A stretch of DNA of 62,457 bases from Kiloniellaceae bacterium. GTDB taxonomy: Bacteria > Pseudomonadota > Alphaproteobacteria > Kiloniellales > J153. The stretch spans positions 1 through 62,457 of the forward strand of contig JAJFGI010000028.1 of NCBI GenBank assembly GCA_021776215.1, written 5' to 3'. The notes under the pieces were generated by a model. It was not told the DNA's origin. It did no database searches and saw nothing but the letters and a program-made list of their open reading frames with translations. Position numbers and translations under genes: made by a program. Position 1 is the first letter of the stretch, and every line of letters begins with the position of its first letter. Positions 24,774-33,343 of this stretch are shown here, one piece after another.

Positions 24774-25037
24774 GATCGTGGGGATGAACCCGGCATCGGC
24801 ATGGAAGTCGCCAAGTGGATTTCCGACGACGTTCAGGCCGGCATTGTCGGCGCCGACACCTGGGACACCGAGGCGGTGCCGGGCGAGGATGCGAACTGCG
24901 TCTTTTGCGCCGTGCCCACGCATCTGATCATGCGCAACAGGATCGTCAATCAGGAGAACATGAACCTCGACGGCCTGGTCCAGGACGGCGTTTACACGTT
25001 CACCTACATGTATACGCCGACGATCGGCATCGACTAG
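24774..25037 (+). pseudogene. C-terminal fragment of a cyclase-family (kynurenine-formamidase-like) gene
   Basis: GIGMEVAKWISDDVQAGIVGADTWDTEAVP...VPTHLIMRNRIVNQENMNLDGLVQDGVYTFTYMYTP resembles the last ~85 residues of putative cyclases (G...EAA.WL....V..VG.DT.S.D ... H..L...GI...E.L.L..L....Y.F). The frame is closed by a TAA at 24741, so the N-terminal two-thirds are missing. Confidence 0.4.
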
Positions 25038-25099
25038 ACGAGATCGGGCAAAGCCGCGGCGGAGTCTGGTTAACGAATTGTTAAGTTTCGTAAACGGCT

Positions 25100-25148
25100 G
25101 GCCGGCCCGCGGCGACCCGATAGGTGCCGCGGGCCGGCCGATTTTGTT
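25100..25148 (+). terminator. Rho-independent terminator retained behind the cyclase-gene fragment
   Basis: A 14-bp stem GGCCGGCCCGCGGC/GCCGCGGGCCGGCC with a 12-nt loop, followed by GATTTTGTT. Confidence 0.75.
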
Positions 25149-25273
25149 CGAAAAATCGGCAGTCTGGTCATCCTTGTGACTGGATATGCCGGTTTTTGTC
25201 ACAGAATTCTCACCCTACGGCCGATGCTGATCTGGCATGACTATAGGCGAGAAAGGACTTTGGGTGCAGGACC

Positions 25274-25417
25274 ATGATTGGTGAAGCTCTGGAAATAACC
25301 ATCATCGTTTCGATGATCGTGCTCGTCGTCTACCCGAGCAGTCTGATGTTCCTTGAGGCGCTGGAAGACCGCCGCGCGCGGCGGGTCCGTGTAACGATCC
25401 CGCGCAGAAGGCGATAA
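25274..25417 (+). CDS. Possible small membrane protein (47 aa), below the ORF-track cutoff
   Basis: My translation gives MIGEALEITIIVSMIVLVVYPSSLMFLEALEDRRARRVRVTIPRRRR*, which is one TM helix plus an Arg-rich tail. The SD is weak (AGGA). Confidence 0.3.
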   Translation: MIGEALEITIIVSMIVLVVYPSSLMFLEALEDRRARRVRVTIPRRRR

Positions 25418-25420
25418 GCC

Positions 25421-25549
25421 ATGCGCCCCGGTTCGAGAGCCATGTTCGATCAAATTGTTAACGCTGGACTAGCGATCCTGTTTGCGATGCTCCTGCTGTG
25501 GGTCCTGTTGGCACAGACCTCCGGATTTACGCTGTACGAGCATCTTTGA
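25421..25549 (+). CDS. Possible small membrane protein (42 aa; or 35 aa from the second Met)
   Basis: My translation gives MRPGSRAMFDQIVNAGLAILFAMLLLWVLLAQTSGFTLYEHL*. It starts 3 nt after the stop of the previous small ORF, an arrangement that allows translational coupling. Confidence 0.3.
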   Translation: MRPGSRAMFDQIVNAGLAILFAMLLLWVLLAQTSGFTLYEHL

Positions 25550-25653
25550 GACAGGTGGCGTAGCGGTTGCACTCGCGGCGACCGTTGGAGAAAACCCGGC
25601 CTCGCGCGAGGCCGCCGTTACGCCACTTGACGTTCCCCACCTCGGCATGACTA

Positions 25654-25682
25654 CGCCCCGCTTCGGCGGGGCGCTTTTTTTG
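25654..25682 (+). terminator. Rho-independent terminator
   Basis: Stem CGCCCCGC/GCGGGGCG with loop TTCG, followed by CTTTTTTTT. Confidence 0.85.
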
Positions 25683-25814
25683 GAACGGTTGGACAGCGGG
25701 GCGCCATACACCCCCGTTGCAATCCTCGGCAAATGTTCTGACGCATCCTGGCGGCCAATGGCCTAGACTGTTCGCCCACGGTGGATCGCCACAGGGGACA
25801 GGGAAATCGCCGCC

Positions 25815-26159
25815 ATGGCCAAGCGCAAGAAACTCGACCTAAACGCGATGAAAGCGCGTCTCGAACTGGAACGTGCCAACCTGCTTGAAGTCAGTGACAG
25901 CGCGGCAGAGGAGCGCCGGCCGGTCGAGCTGGATCAGCAAAGCGTGGGACGCCTGTCGCGCATGGACGCGATGCAGGTCCAAGCCATGGCGCAGGCGGTG
26001 GAAGCCCGCCGCCGTGCCCGCGTGCACCGCATCGACGCCGCCTTGAAGCGCCTCGAGTCCGACGACTACGGCTACTGCGTGTCCTGCGATGAGGACATTC
26101 CGGCCAAGCGGCTGGAGATCGATCCGGCGACCGACCGCTGCGTCGATTGCGCCGGATGA
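25815..26159 (+). CDS. DksA/TraR-family C4 zinc-finger transcriptional regulator
   Basis: Track ORF, 114 aa, with a coiled-coil N-terminus and the zinc finger CVSCDEDIPAKRLEIDPATDRCVDC. Confidence 0.85.
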   Translation: MAKRKKLDLNAMKARLELERANLLEVSDSAAEERRPVELDQQSVGRLSRMDAMQVQAMAQAVEARRRARVHRIDAALKRLESDDYGYCVSCDEDIPAKRLEIDPATDRCVDCAG

Positions 26160-26168
26160 GGAGGCCCG

Positions 26169-27377
26169 CTAATTAGCCGGCGCCACGGATTTGCCGTTGT
26201 TGCGTACCATCTGGCCATCGTAGTCGTAGACGAAGGTCGCGCTCTCAAAGAAGCTGAAGGGGATTTGCAGCCCGATTTCCCGCGCCTTGCGGAAATTGAT
26301 GGCGATGTCCGGCGGCGAGACGACGCCGACCTTCAGCTCGCCGACCTTGGCGCGCCCCGAAAGCACATCGGCGCCATAAATCGCGGCGAGATGCGCGTTG
26401 CTCTGGAAGCTGATGCCGACCGACAGCACGGCGGTATCATCGCCGGCCTTGACAACTTCCGGGACCGCGCTGAGAACCGGCACCCGGTCGGAATTGCCGT
26501 TGATGGTGGCGATCTCGTTGAATACGGACGTGCTGCCGGTAATCCACAGGACGCTGTTGTTGAGTTCCGGATCGTTCTTGCGCATGGCGGCAATGGCCTT
26601 GGGAACGAGCTGGGCCAGCTCTTCGCGCGCGCGTGCGGGGTCCTGTATCGCCATGGGCAGAACTCGGATGCCGCGCTGGCGGGCGTATTCGGAAATCGGT
26701 TCGGCCTGGGTCTGCACGGCGCTGACGTTCTTGCTATCGACCAGTACGCCGATGTTCTTCAGTTCCGGCTTGAGATCGAGGACGTAAGCCATCTGTGCGT
26801 CGATCGGCATGTTGAGCGACGTGAAGGCGAAGTTGGTTCCGCTGGCGCTATCGTAGCTGCGCACTTGTCCGAGCTGCACCGGGTCCTTCGAACAGACTGA
26901 CACGACCGGGATTTCACCCCCGCGATAGTTCTCGTAAAGCCACGCGGTCGACTCGGACCCCATGGAGAAAATCAGTTCGTAGTCGCCGGTTTGGGCAAGC
27001 TTCAACGCTGCCTGGCCGAGCGCGTCGTCCTTGTTGAAATTGACCACCGTGAACTCGGCATTCACGTTCTTTTCGGCGAACACCTCGAGAATTCTGGTGA
27101 TGGCGATGTCGTAGGCGGACGACGGCCGTGGATAGAGGACGAGAACGCGGCGCGGCGGCTGGTCGGCGGTGGCGTCCTTTCTGCGAATAGAAACCTGAAG
27201 GTCGTCTTCACCCTCTAGGATCTGCCACGCCTCGGTGACCTCCTCGCCGAATTTGAACCAAGCCCCAAAGGCAGGGCTCGCCTCGGCCCATGCGCCGCGG
27301 GCCATGCCCCCTATGGTCAGCGCGAATACCGCCAGCCAAAGCAGTCTAGTGGGATGAAACCTGAGGGTTCCGATCAT
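26169..27377 (-). CDS. Periplasmic ABC_sub_bind-type substrate-binding protein (no cognate ABC permease or ATPase adjacent)
   Basis: Track ORF, 402 aa. Signal peptide LLWLAVFALTIGGMARGAWA. It has the alternating beta-alpha pattern of type I periplasmic binding proteins (VLVLYPRPSSAYD..., IFSMGSESTAW, NIGVLVDS..., LWITGSTSVF). Its start overlaps the MFS gene stop by 32 nt. Confidence 0.7.
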   Translation of the reverse strand: MIGTLRFHPTRLLWLAVFALTIGGMARGAWAEASPAFGAWFKFGEEVTEAWQILEGEDDLQVSIRRKDATADQPPRRVLVLYPRPSSAYDIAITRILEVFAEKNVNAEFTVVNFNKDDALGQAALKLAQTGDYELIFSMGSESTAWLYENYRGGEIPVVSVCSKDPVQLGQVRSYDSASGTNFAFTSLNMPIDAQMAYVLDLKPELKNIGVLVDSKNVSAVQTQAEPISEYARQRGIRVLPMAIQDPARAREELAQLVPKAIAAMRKNDPELNNSVLWITGSTSVFNEIATINGNSDRVPVLSAVPEVVKAGDDTAVLSVGISFQSNAHLAAIYGADVLSGRAKVGELKVGVVSPPDIAINFRKAREIGLQIPFSFFESATFVYDYDGQMVRNNGKSVAPAN

Positions 27378-29772
27378 GACCGATCTCCTGTCTGGTTGGA
27401 TTGATCTGCGTCGGTGTGCACCAGAGAATGAAGAGAATCCCGAGGAGCACGATGAGCACGCCGGTCCAACTCACCACGGCGACACTCTGGCCGGCAAAAA
27501 TGAACATCTGGCCGACCAGAATCGGCCCCGCAACGTGGCCGACGCGCTCCAAGAACCGGTATGTCGCGGCGACCGAATTGGCGCCGATCATCACCGCCAG
27601 CTTCGATTCCGTGACTCGGGTGACGACGGGCGCATTCACGAATCCGTGGGCAACGCCGACCAATATGACCCCGACGATGGTCGTCAGGTTGATCAAGATC
27701 TCGCCATTCGGCCACCGGCCGATCGGCGCCCAGCCGCTCACGCCGATCAGCAATAGCCCGAGGCCGCTGATCACCGAGCCCCAGAAAAGAATGTTGTCTG
27801 TCCGCCCGATCCGGTCGACCAGGCGCGAGACGTAAGTGCTCGCGACGAGGACGCCGGCAGCGTAGAGCATGATGATCTGGCCGATGTCCTCCTGAGCGTA
27901 TTCCTGCTGTGCCAACAGCAACGGCAGGGCGAAGATGACGATTCCGGTCATCACCGCCTTGGTCGGAATTCCAATCAAGAACATCGTTCTCAGGAACTCA
28001 AGGTTTTGCAGGACATATCTCAAGTCCCGGCCAATCCGGCGGAGGTTGGACCCCACGCCATACTCGAGCGCCGCTTCCCTCGACACGGCGGGAATGAAGA
28101 GGATCGTGTAAACCGTCATGGCGATGGCGATGGTGCCGGCCAGGGTGAAAACCCCGGTCGGGCCCATGTAGTTCACCAGCAGCGAGCCGATCGCCATGCC
28201 GGAGATCATGCCGCCCTGGAAGCCTATGACGATGAGCCCGGCGCCCTGGGTCCTCTTGCCGGGCGAGGCCTTGGCAAGGATGTAGCACTGAACGCCGATG
28301 AACAGCATTGCTTGACCGACACCGGCCGCGGCGCGCGCCAGGACTACCAAAGAGAAACCCTGTATGAACGCCAGCGAGAGAAGGGCGATGGCGGCGATCA
28401 TCATGCCGACGTACATCAGGTTTCGCGGTCCGACCTGCCGCGCGAAATGCCCGGCGGGGACCAACGTCAGGGCGAAGCAGAGGTAGTAGACGATGAAGGG
28501 GGCCGAGGCGAAACCCGCGGACATCCCCGAATCAGTGGCGAGCTGCTGCATGAGCTGCGGCAGGAACGAATAGGTCAGGTGCTCGACGAACACCGCGACA
28601 AAGAACACCGATTTGGCCAGGCTGAGCTCGAAATCCGTCAGCTCGGCCTCCGGCGCCGCCGCGCCGCATACCGCACCGGGAGATCGCGCCCATTGCAGGG
28701 ATCTCGCCAGTTGCAGGAACAGGCCGGCGAGAAACGCAGCGGCGACGAAGAGCGCCGCGAAGTTCTTCACGCTGCGGGCGACCTGATTGTAGACGATCTG
28801 CGCAGGGAGGGCCACGGCGACGTGGATCTCGTTGGCGTTCGGCTCGGGCCGGGTCAGGTTGATGACGTATTCGTATGTGTGCCGGTCGGTCACCCAAGGC
28901 TTGCCCACGGCGTCCGGGTCCGTGTGGATCAGCACCTTGCCGTTGACGGTCAGTCCGGCGGCGCTGATGTTCGGATTGAGCCGCCGGTATTCCCCAAGAA
29001 TTTGGTCGAGGCCTTCGAATTCATCGATGTTGATGTTGAAATCGACGATGTCGCGAAGCCGCTGCCCAAGGGAGTCCGCCAACGACTTGGTCTTGACCTG
29101 CGCCCCTTCCGAATAGACCACCACCAACGTGCCGACCACCGCGCCGGACATGGCGAGGAAGGTCAGGGCATAGACGATCTGCAGCCAGGGCAACCGCCGT
29201 CCGGCCAGACGGGGGCCGACAACGGATGCGAACCAGGCAAAGGCGACCGACAAGATGCCGGCGATGATCAGCAGAGTCTCGAAACTCTCCTCCAGGCGCT
29301 TGGTGACATTTGCCTGCGGCATGGTGACGGCCAGACTGCCGACCATTTCGAACTTGTTGCGCAGCGGCAGAACCACTTGGACGTACCGGTCGTTCTGCCG
29401 CAAGTCGATCTCGCCGCCGTCCTGCCCGGCGCCGACGGCCGCCTCGACCAGCAGCGGCATCATCGCGTCGCCGGCGGTAAAGACTCGACGTCCACCCTGG
29501 TCGAAAACCGTCATCGCCGAAATCGACGAATCGGACGTCAGAATCGTATCGGCGCGAGTCGTGAACCCGACATACTGTTTTAGCGGCAGGCCGGCTCGCA
29601 GATAACTGGCCATGGCGGTCTGGAGGATTTTGCCCTGGGCGTACAGTTTCTCGACCTGAAACTGATGGTAGGTCCGTTGCGCCTCGCCGAAACCGACATA
29701 GATGACCAGCAGCAACGACAGGCCCGATACCAAGAGCATCGATAAGGCGTCGCTCAAGCGTCGCTTGATCAT
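27346..29772 (-). CDS. Fusion protein: an N-terminal double extracytoplasmic sensor-like region (about 370 aa, 3 TM) joined to a 12-TM MFS transporter
   Basis: Track ORF, 808 aa. TM1 is LLVSGLSLLLVIYVGF, followed by about 150 periplasmic residues, further TMs, and a second loop of about 130 residues. The MFS core follows, with motif-A-like GHFARQVGPRN and SRLVDRIGRTDN. Confidence 0.75.
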   Translation of the reverse strand: MIKRRLSDALSMLLVSGLSLLLVIYVGFGEAQRTYHQFQVEKLYAQGKILQTAMASYLRAGLPLKQYVGFTTRADTILTSDSSISAMTVFDQGGRRVFTAGDAMMPLLVEAAVGAGQDGGEIDLRQNDRYVQVVLPLRNKFEMVGSLAVTMPQANVTKRLEESFETLLIIAGILSVAFAWFASVVGPRLAGRRLPWLQIVYALTFLAMSGAVVGTLVVVYSEGAQVKTKSLADSLGQRLRDIVDFNINIDEFEGLDQILGEYRRLNPNISAAGLTVNGKVLIHTDPDAVGKPWVTDRHTYEYVINLTRPEPNANEIHVAVALPAQIVYNQVARSVKNFAALFVAAAFLAGLFLQLARSLQWARSPGAVCGAAAPEAELTDFELSLAKSVFFVAVFVEHLTYSFLPQLMQQLATDSGMSAGFASAPFIVYYLCFALTLVPAGHFARQVGPRNLMYVGMMIAAIALLSLAFIQGFSLVVLARAAAGVGQAMLFIGVQCYILAKASPGKRTQGAGLIVIGFQGGMISGMAIGSLLVNYMGPTGVFTLAGTIAIAMTVYTILFIPAVSREAALEYGVGSNLRRIGRDLRYVLQNLEFLRTMFLIGIPTKAVMTGIVIFALPLLLAQQEYAQEDIGQIIMLYAAGVLVASTYVSRLVDRIGRTDNILFWGSVISGLGLLLIGVSGWAPIGRWPNGEILINLTTIVGVILVGVAHGFVNAPVVTRVTESKLAVMIGANSVAATYRFLERVGHVAGPILVGQMFIFAGQSVAVVSWTGVLIVLLGILFILWCTPTQINPTRQEIGHDRNPQVSSH

Positions 29773-29830
29773 GGCCGCGGCCTTCCTGCCGCTATGCGGG
29801 TGCGCATTTGGCTGTCCTTGGACCGGTCGG

Positions 29831-31060
29831 CTAGTCGAGCAAGTCGGTCAGATGGGTGACGGTGCCACGCCGTTGGCTGAACAAGAGGTCCAGACGATCC
29901 GCCAACAACGACAAAATCAGGTCGTCGTATGACATGCCCTGGCTGGCCAGGCCGGCGCAGACCAGGCTGGTCACGTCGTTGGACGGCTTCTTGAGATCCG
30001 GCTTAGGGTTCGCCTCGAGAACGTGCAGCTTGCCCTGGCCATCCGCCCGAACGTCCAACCGAACGATTGATTCCAGATTCATTTCCAGGAATACGGCCCG
30101 CGCCAGCTCGTGCAATTGATCGAGGTCGGCCGCGTCGGCCTGCGTATTCAGGGCGCGAACCCGATTTTCGGTGATCGGCCGCACGTCCATGGACGTGAAG
30201 ATTTTTTCATCCGGTTCCAGGCGACGCTCGATCGCGGCGAAGGCGAAGGGATCGCTGCGGCGCTGAAGGCGACCAGCCTTGCTCATGACGAGTCCGCTCA
30301 CCGCGATGCAGAATTCGTGGCCCGGCAGGAAGGCTTCGATCAGCACGTGGTTCTCCGTCGCGTGGTATACATCGGCGACGACATCGGGGAGATCGGCCTC
30401 GTCCTCGACCAGGTGCACATGCAAGGAGGCGCGGCCCGAAACCGGCTTGACCACGAACGGGCCCCAGTGATCCTTGAAAGCGTGGATGAAGCGGCTGTTG
30501 ACCTTCGGCCGAAAAGCGCCGCGGGCGAGATGCCAGGTCACAAAAGGGGCCGTGGGAATACCCAGATGCAGAAGCTCTCGTTTGAAGACGTGCTTGTTGT
30601 CCAGGGTGCCGGCGGTAAGGGGATCGTGCCCGACATAGGGGATGCCGAGCATCTCAAGCATCGCCGCGGCATGCGTCATCGGGTTGTAGCCTTGCACGCC
30701 GCCCGAGTTCAGCCACGCCAAGTGGGTGCCATGGCGCTGGAGGTTTTCACCCAGGCGCATGTCATCGGGAACGACGATGACGTGGCGAAAGCCGATACAC
30801 TGCAAGGCATCGGCTATGTCTTGCGCCACCGCCTGATAGCTCTTCCATGACCTAGGATTCAGGGTGCGGTGGATGACCGCGCCGTCCGCACTCTTGTCGC
30901 CCCCATAAATGACCGCAATGTGCAGGCGACCCAGCAACTGGTCGATCTGCCTCTCCAGTTCATCGGCCCTTCCCGACCGGCGCGGTGGGCTGAGGGGGTG
31001 TTGGGCCGTGTCGGTGCCGTTGGCCTCACTTTCGAATTGCTGCAAAGCCATTTCTCGCAA
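29831..31060 (-). CDS. ATP-grasp ligase of the D-alanine--D-alanine ligase-like family
   Basis: Track ORF, 409 aa. It has an N-terminal Ddl-like domain (IAVIYGGDKSADGAVI) and a central/C-terminal ATP-grasp domain (DNKHVFKRELLHLGIPTAPF, FVVKPVSGRASLHVHLV, LIEAFLPGHEFCIAV, RLDVRADGQGKLHVLEANPKPDL). It is the first gene of a three-gene leftward operon. Confidence 0.75.
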   Translation of the reverse strand: MREMALQQFESEANGTDTAQHPLSPPRRSGRADELERQIDQLLGRLHIAVIYGGDKSADGAVIHRTLNPRSWKSYQAVAQDIADALQCIGFRHVIVVPDDMRLGENLQRHGTHLAWLNSGGVQGYNPMTHAAAMLEMLGIPYVGHDPLTAGTLDNKHVFKRELLHLGIPTAPFVTWHLARGAFRPKVNSRFIHAFKDHWGPFVVKPVSGRASLHVHLVEDEADLPDVVADVYHATENHVLIEAFLPGHEFCIAVSGLVMSKAGRLQRRSDPFAFAAIERRLEPDEKIFTSMDVRPITENRVRALNTQADAADLDQLHELARAVFLEMNLESIVRLDVRADGQGKLHVLEANPKPDLKKPSNDVTSLVCAGLASQGMSYDDLILSLLADRLDLLFSQRRGTVTHLTDLLD

Positions 31061-31151
31061 GACCTCTATCTGTATCTATTCGTTAACGGAATGTGTCATG
31101 CCCACGATAAAAGTATGCGGTTAACAAGTGCCTAACTTTTCATGAGTAATT

Positions 31152-31171
31152 CTTTAACTATTAAGTTAAAG
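31152..31171. promoter_or_regulatory. Inverted repeat CTTTAAC-N6-GTTAAAG in the AT-rich divergent promoter region
   Basis: Read directly. It lies between the ATP-grasp operon start (31060) and the histidine kinase start (31378). Flanking GTTAAC hexamers occur at about 31083 and 31120. Confidence 0.35.
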
Positions 31172-31377
31172 GGGTGTTGTAGAGTGTTTTTTTGCCCGAC
31201 TTGTACTAATGCGCAATCCCTGGTTTTACTTGTGGAAATTTAACCACTTTTGCTTGCGCCGACGCTCTTCGTAACCCTGACTCCGAACCGGCGAGGCGGC
31301 GGATCAGGCCTTCTGCCGGCGGGTGGCGGGCGGCGCAGGTAACCGGATTTTAACGGAATTCGAGCAATTTTTCGGCC

Positions 31378-33111
31378 ATGAGCGCAGAACGGGCGGTGGG
31401 CAGTATTGCCGGCATCCGTTCTGGCCGGACGGACCCGCCGGTGTCCCGGCGCCGTGTCGAAGTCCTCGAAGGCCAGAACGAGATGCTCAAGCTCATCGCG
31501 AGGGGAGCGACCTCCGAGCGAGCTCTAAACCACCTCGCGCTCGTCATCGAGGGGCTCTTCGACGGCACCATCTGTGTCATCAGCGTGCTCGACCCCGAGG
31601 GTAAGCACCTGCATCCCTCCATGGCGCCGAGTTTGCCGGACCCATGCCGGCTTCTCGCCGAGCGGATCGAGATCGGGCCCAATGCCCATCCTAGCGGGGC
31701 TGCCGTCTTCCGCCACGAGCCGATCATCGTCGAAGATGTCGCGTCCGATCCCATGTGGCCGGATTTCGCGGGCGTCATTTTGCCGCTCGGCCTGCATGCC
31801 TGCTGGTCCCAGCCGATCCTGGACCTGGATGGCAAGAGCCTGGGCGTCATCACGCTTTACTTCGATCGGCCGAAAGCTCCCGTGGCCGACGATTACCACA
31901 TCGTCGACAGCATTTTTCCGCTTGCTCTGATCGCCATCGAGCACGACCGGCGCGCCCAGGCGTTGCGTTCGGCCGACGAGCGATTCATGTCGCTGGCCGC
32001 CAGTCTGCCCGGTGTGGTCTACCAGCGTTTGGTCACGCCCGATGGCGACATCCGCTATACCTTCATCAGCGACGGCGCCCGCGATCTGTTCGGCGTTTCC
32101 CCGGCGCAAATCATCGGCGATCCGCAGGCCCTGTTCGATTGCCACGCGCCGGAATACCGCGAGACGTTCCGCGAGAGGCTTCTCCAGGCGTCCCGGGACC
32201 TCACGATGTGGGACGTGGAAGCGCCGATCATCTCGCGCGACGGCCGGCGCAAATGGTCGCACGCCATCGCCCGGCCAACCCGTCAGCCGGACGGCTCCGT
32301 CATCTGGAACGGCATCATCCTGGACGCCACCCGGATCAAGATGGCGAATTTGGAGCTCGCCGCGGCCAACCGGGCGAAGTCCGAGTTTCTGGCCAACATG
32401 AGCCACGAGCTGCGGACGCCGCTCAACGCCATCATCGGCTTCTCGGAAGCGATTCTCAGTGAGATATTCGGCAAATTCGCCAATCCGAGATACCGGGAAT
32501 ACGTCAACGACATATTTACGAGCGGGACGCATCTTCTGCAGATCATCAACGATATCCTCGATCTGTCCAAGATCGAGGCCGGAAAGATGGACCTGAACGA
32601 GGAATTGATCGATCCACGTCAGACCATCGAAAATAGCCTCAACCTGATCAAGGAAAAGGCACACGCGAACGGCATCGCGCTCTCGCACGATATTGCGGCG
32701 GACGTCCCACAGCTTCACGTCGACAACCGAAAGTTCAAGCAGATCCTGATCAACCTGGTCTCGAACGCCGTGAAGTTTACGCTGGCCGGGGGACGGGTCG
32801 TCGTTCGTGCCAAGACCGCATCCGATGGATGGCTGGTCGTCGAGGTTGCCGATACCGGGCCCGGTATTGCGCCGGATCAACTGGAGCACGTCCTGGATCC
32901 CTTCGTGCAGGTCGACAGCGGTCTCGACCGCAAGTTCGAGGGAACCGGCCTCGGCCTTCCATTATCGCGGGCCATGGTCGAACAGCACGGCGGGACCCTC
33001 GACCTGCAGAGCGAAGTGGGCAAGGGAACCACGGTGACGCTCCGCTTCCCGCCCAACCGACTCAGCGGCATCGGCAAGGTAACAGCCGCGGAATCAAGAA
33101 ACCGCCGATAA
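31378..33111 (+). CDS. Cytoplasmic GAF-PAS sensor histidine kinase
   Basis: Track ORF, 577 aa. The GAF-like N-terminus contains MLKLIARGATSERALNHL...GVITLYF. A PAS domain (FMSLAASLPGVVYQRLVTPDGDIRYTFISDGARDLFG) follows. The HisKA H-box is SEFLANMSHELRTPLNAI, and HATPase_c motifs N, G1 (DTGPGI) and G2 (GTGLGL) are present. Confidence 0.85.
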   Translation: MSAERAVGSIAGIRSGRTDPPVSRRRVEVLEGQNEMLKLIARGATSERALNHLALVIEGLFDGTICVISVLDPEGKHLHPSMAPSLPDPCRLLAERIEIGPNAHPSGAAVFRHEPIIVEDVASDPMWPDFAGVILPLGLHACWSQPILDLDGKSLGVITLYFDRPKAPVADDYHIVDSIFPLALIAIEHDRRAQALRSADERFMSLAASLPGVVYQRLVTPDGDIRYTFISDGARDLFGVSPAQIIGDPQALFDCHAPEYRETFRERLLQASRDLTMWDVEAPIISRDGRRKWSHAIARPTRQPDGSVIWNGIILDATRIKMANLELAAANRAKSEFLANMSHELRTPLNAIIGFSEAILSEIFGKFANPRYREYVNDIFTSGTHLLQIINDILDLSKIEAGKMDLNEELIDPRQTIENSLNLIKEKAHANGIALSHDIAADVPQLHVDNRKFKQILINLVSNAVKFTLAGGRVVVRAKTASDGWLVVEVADTGPGIAPDQLEHVLDPFVQVDSGLDRKFEGTGLGLPLSRAMVEQHGGTLDLQSEVGKGTTVTLRFPPNRLSGIGKVTAAESRNRR

Positions 33112-33343
33112 ACCGCCGTGCCGACCAGCGGTGAAACCGCGGTGCCCCGCAGGCGAGAGAACGACGTGCTGACCGGCGGTCAAAAAGGTGCTGTCAGCTT
33201 AACGAAGGCGGGTCGCAGTTGAACGTTTGAACCGAGCGGCTCAAGCAGCAGCGGTCACAGCCCGCCGCCTGTTCATCGCTTCACCGCGCATCGTGACTTT
33301 CGAAACCGACTCTTCGACTGACAGCACCCGTTCGAGGCATCCG

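Noticed and set aside
25241-25732. Minus-strand track ORFs 25241..25453 (70 aa) and 25469..25732 (87 aa)
   Set aside because: The translations are low-complexity. They lie antisense to the two small hydrophobic ORFs and to the terminator-containing structured region, and they have no start context.
28006-29583. 525-aa plus-strand ORF
   Set aside because: It is antisense to the MFS fusion gene. The translation is Arg/Gly/Asp-rich low complexity without motifs.
31525-32889. 454-aa minus-strand ORF; also 17907..19046 (+) and 15783..16679 (+)
   Set aside because: These are antisense to the GAF-PAS histidine kinase, the T1SS ABC transporter and the HlyD-family gene respectively. All three sense genes carry canonical motifs.
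33187-33328. 11-bp inverted repeat GGTGCTGTCAG ... CTGACAGCACC separated by about 120 nt, between the convergent kinase and regulator genes
   Set aside because: The pairing does not extend beyond 11 bp. About one or two such matches are expected by chance in a window of this size. There is no T-tract or MITE-like terminal structure.
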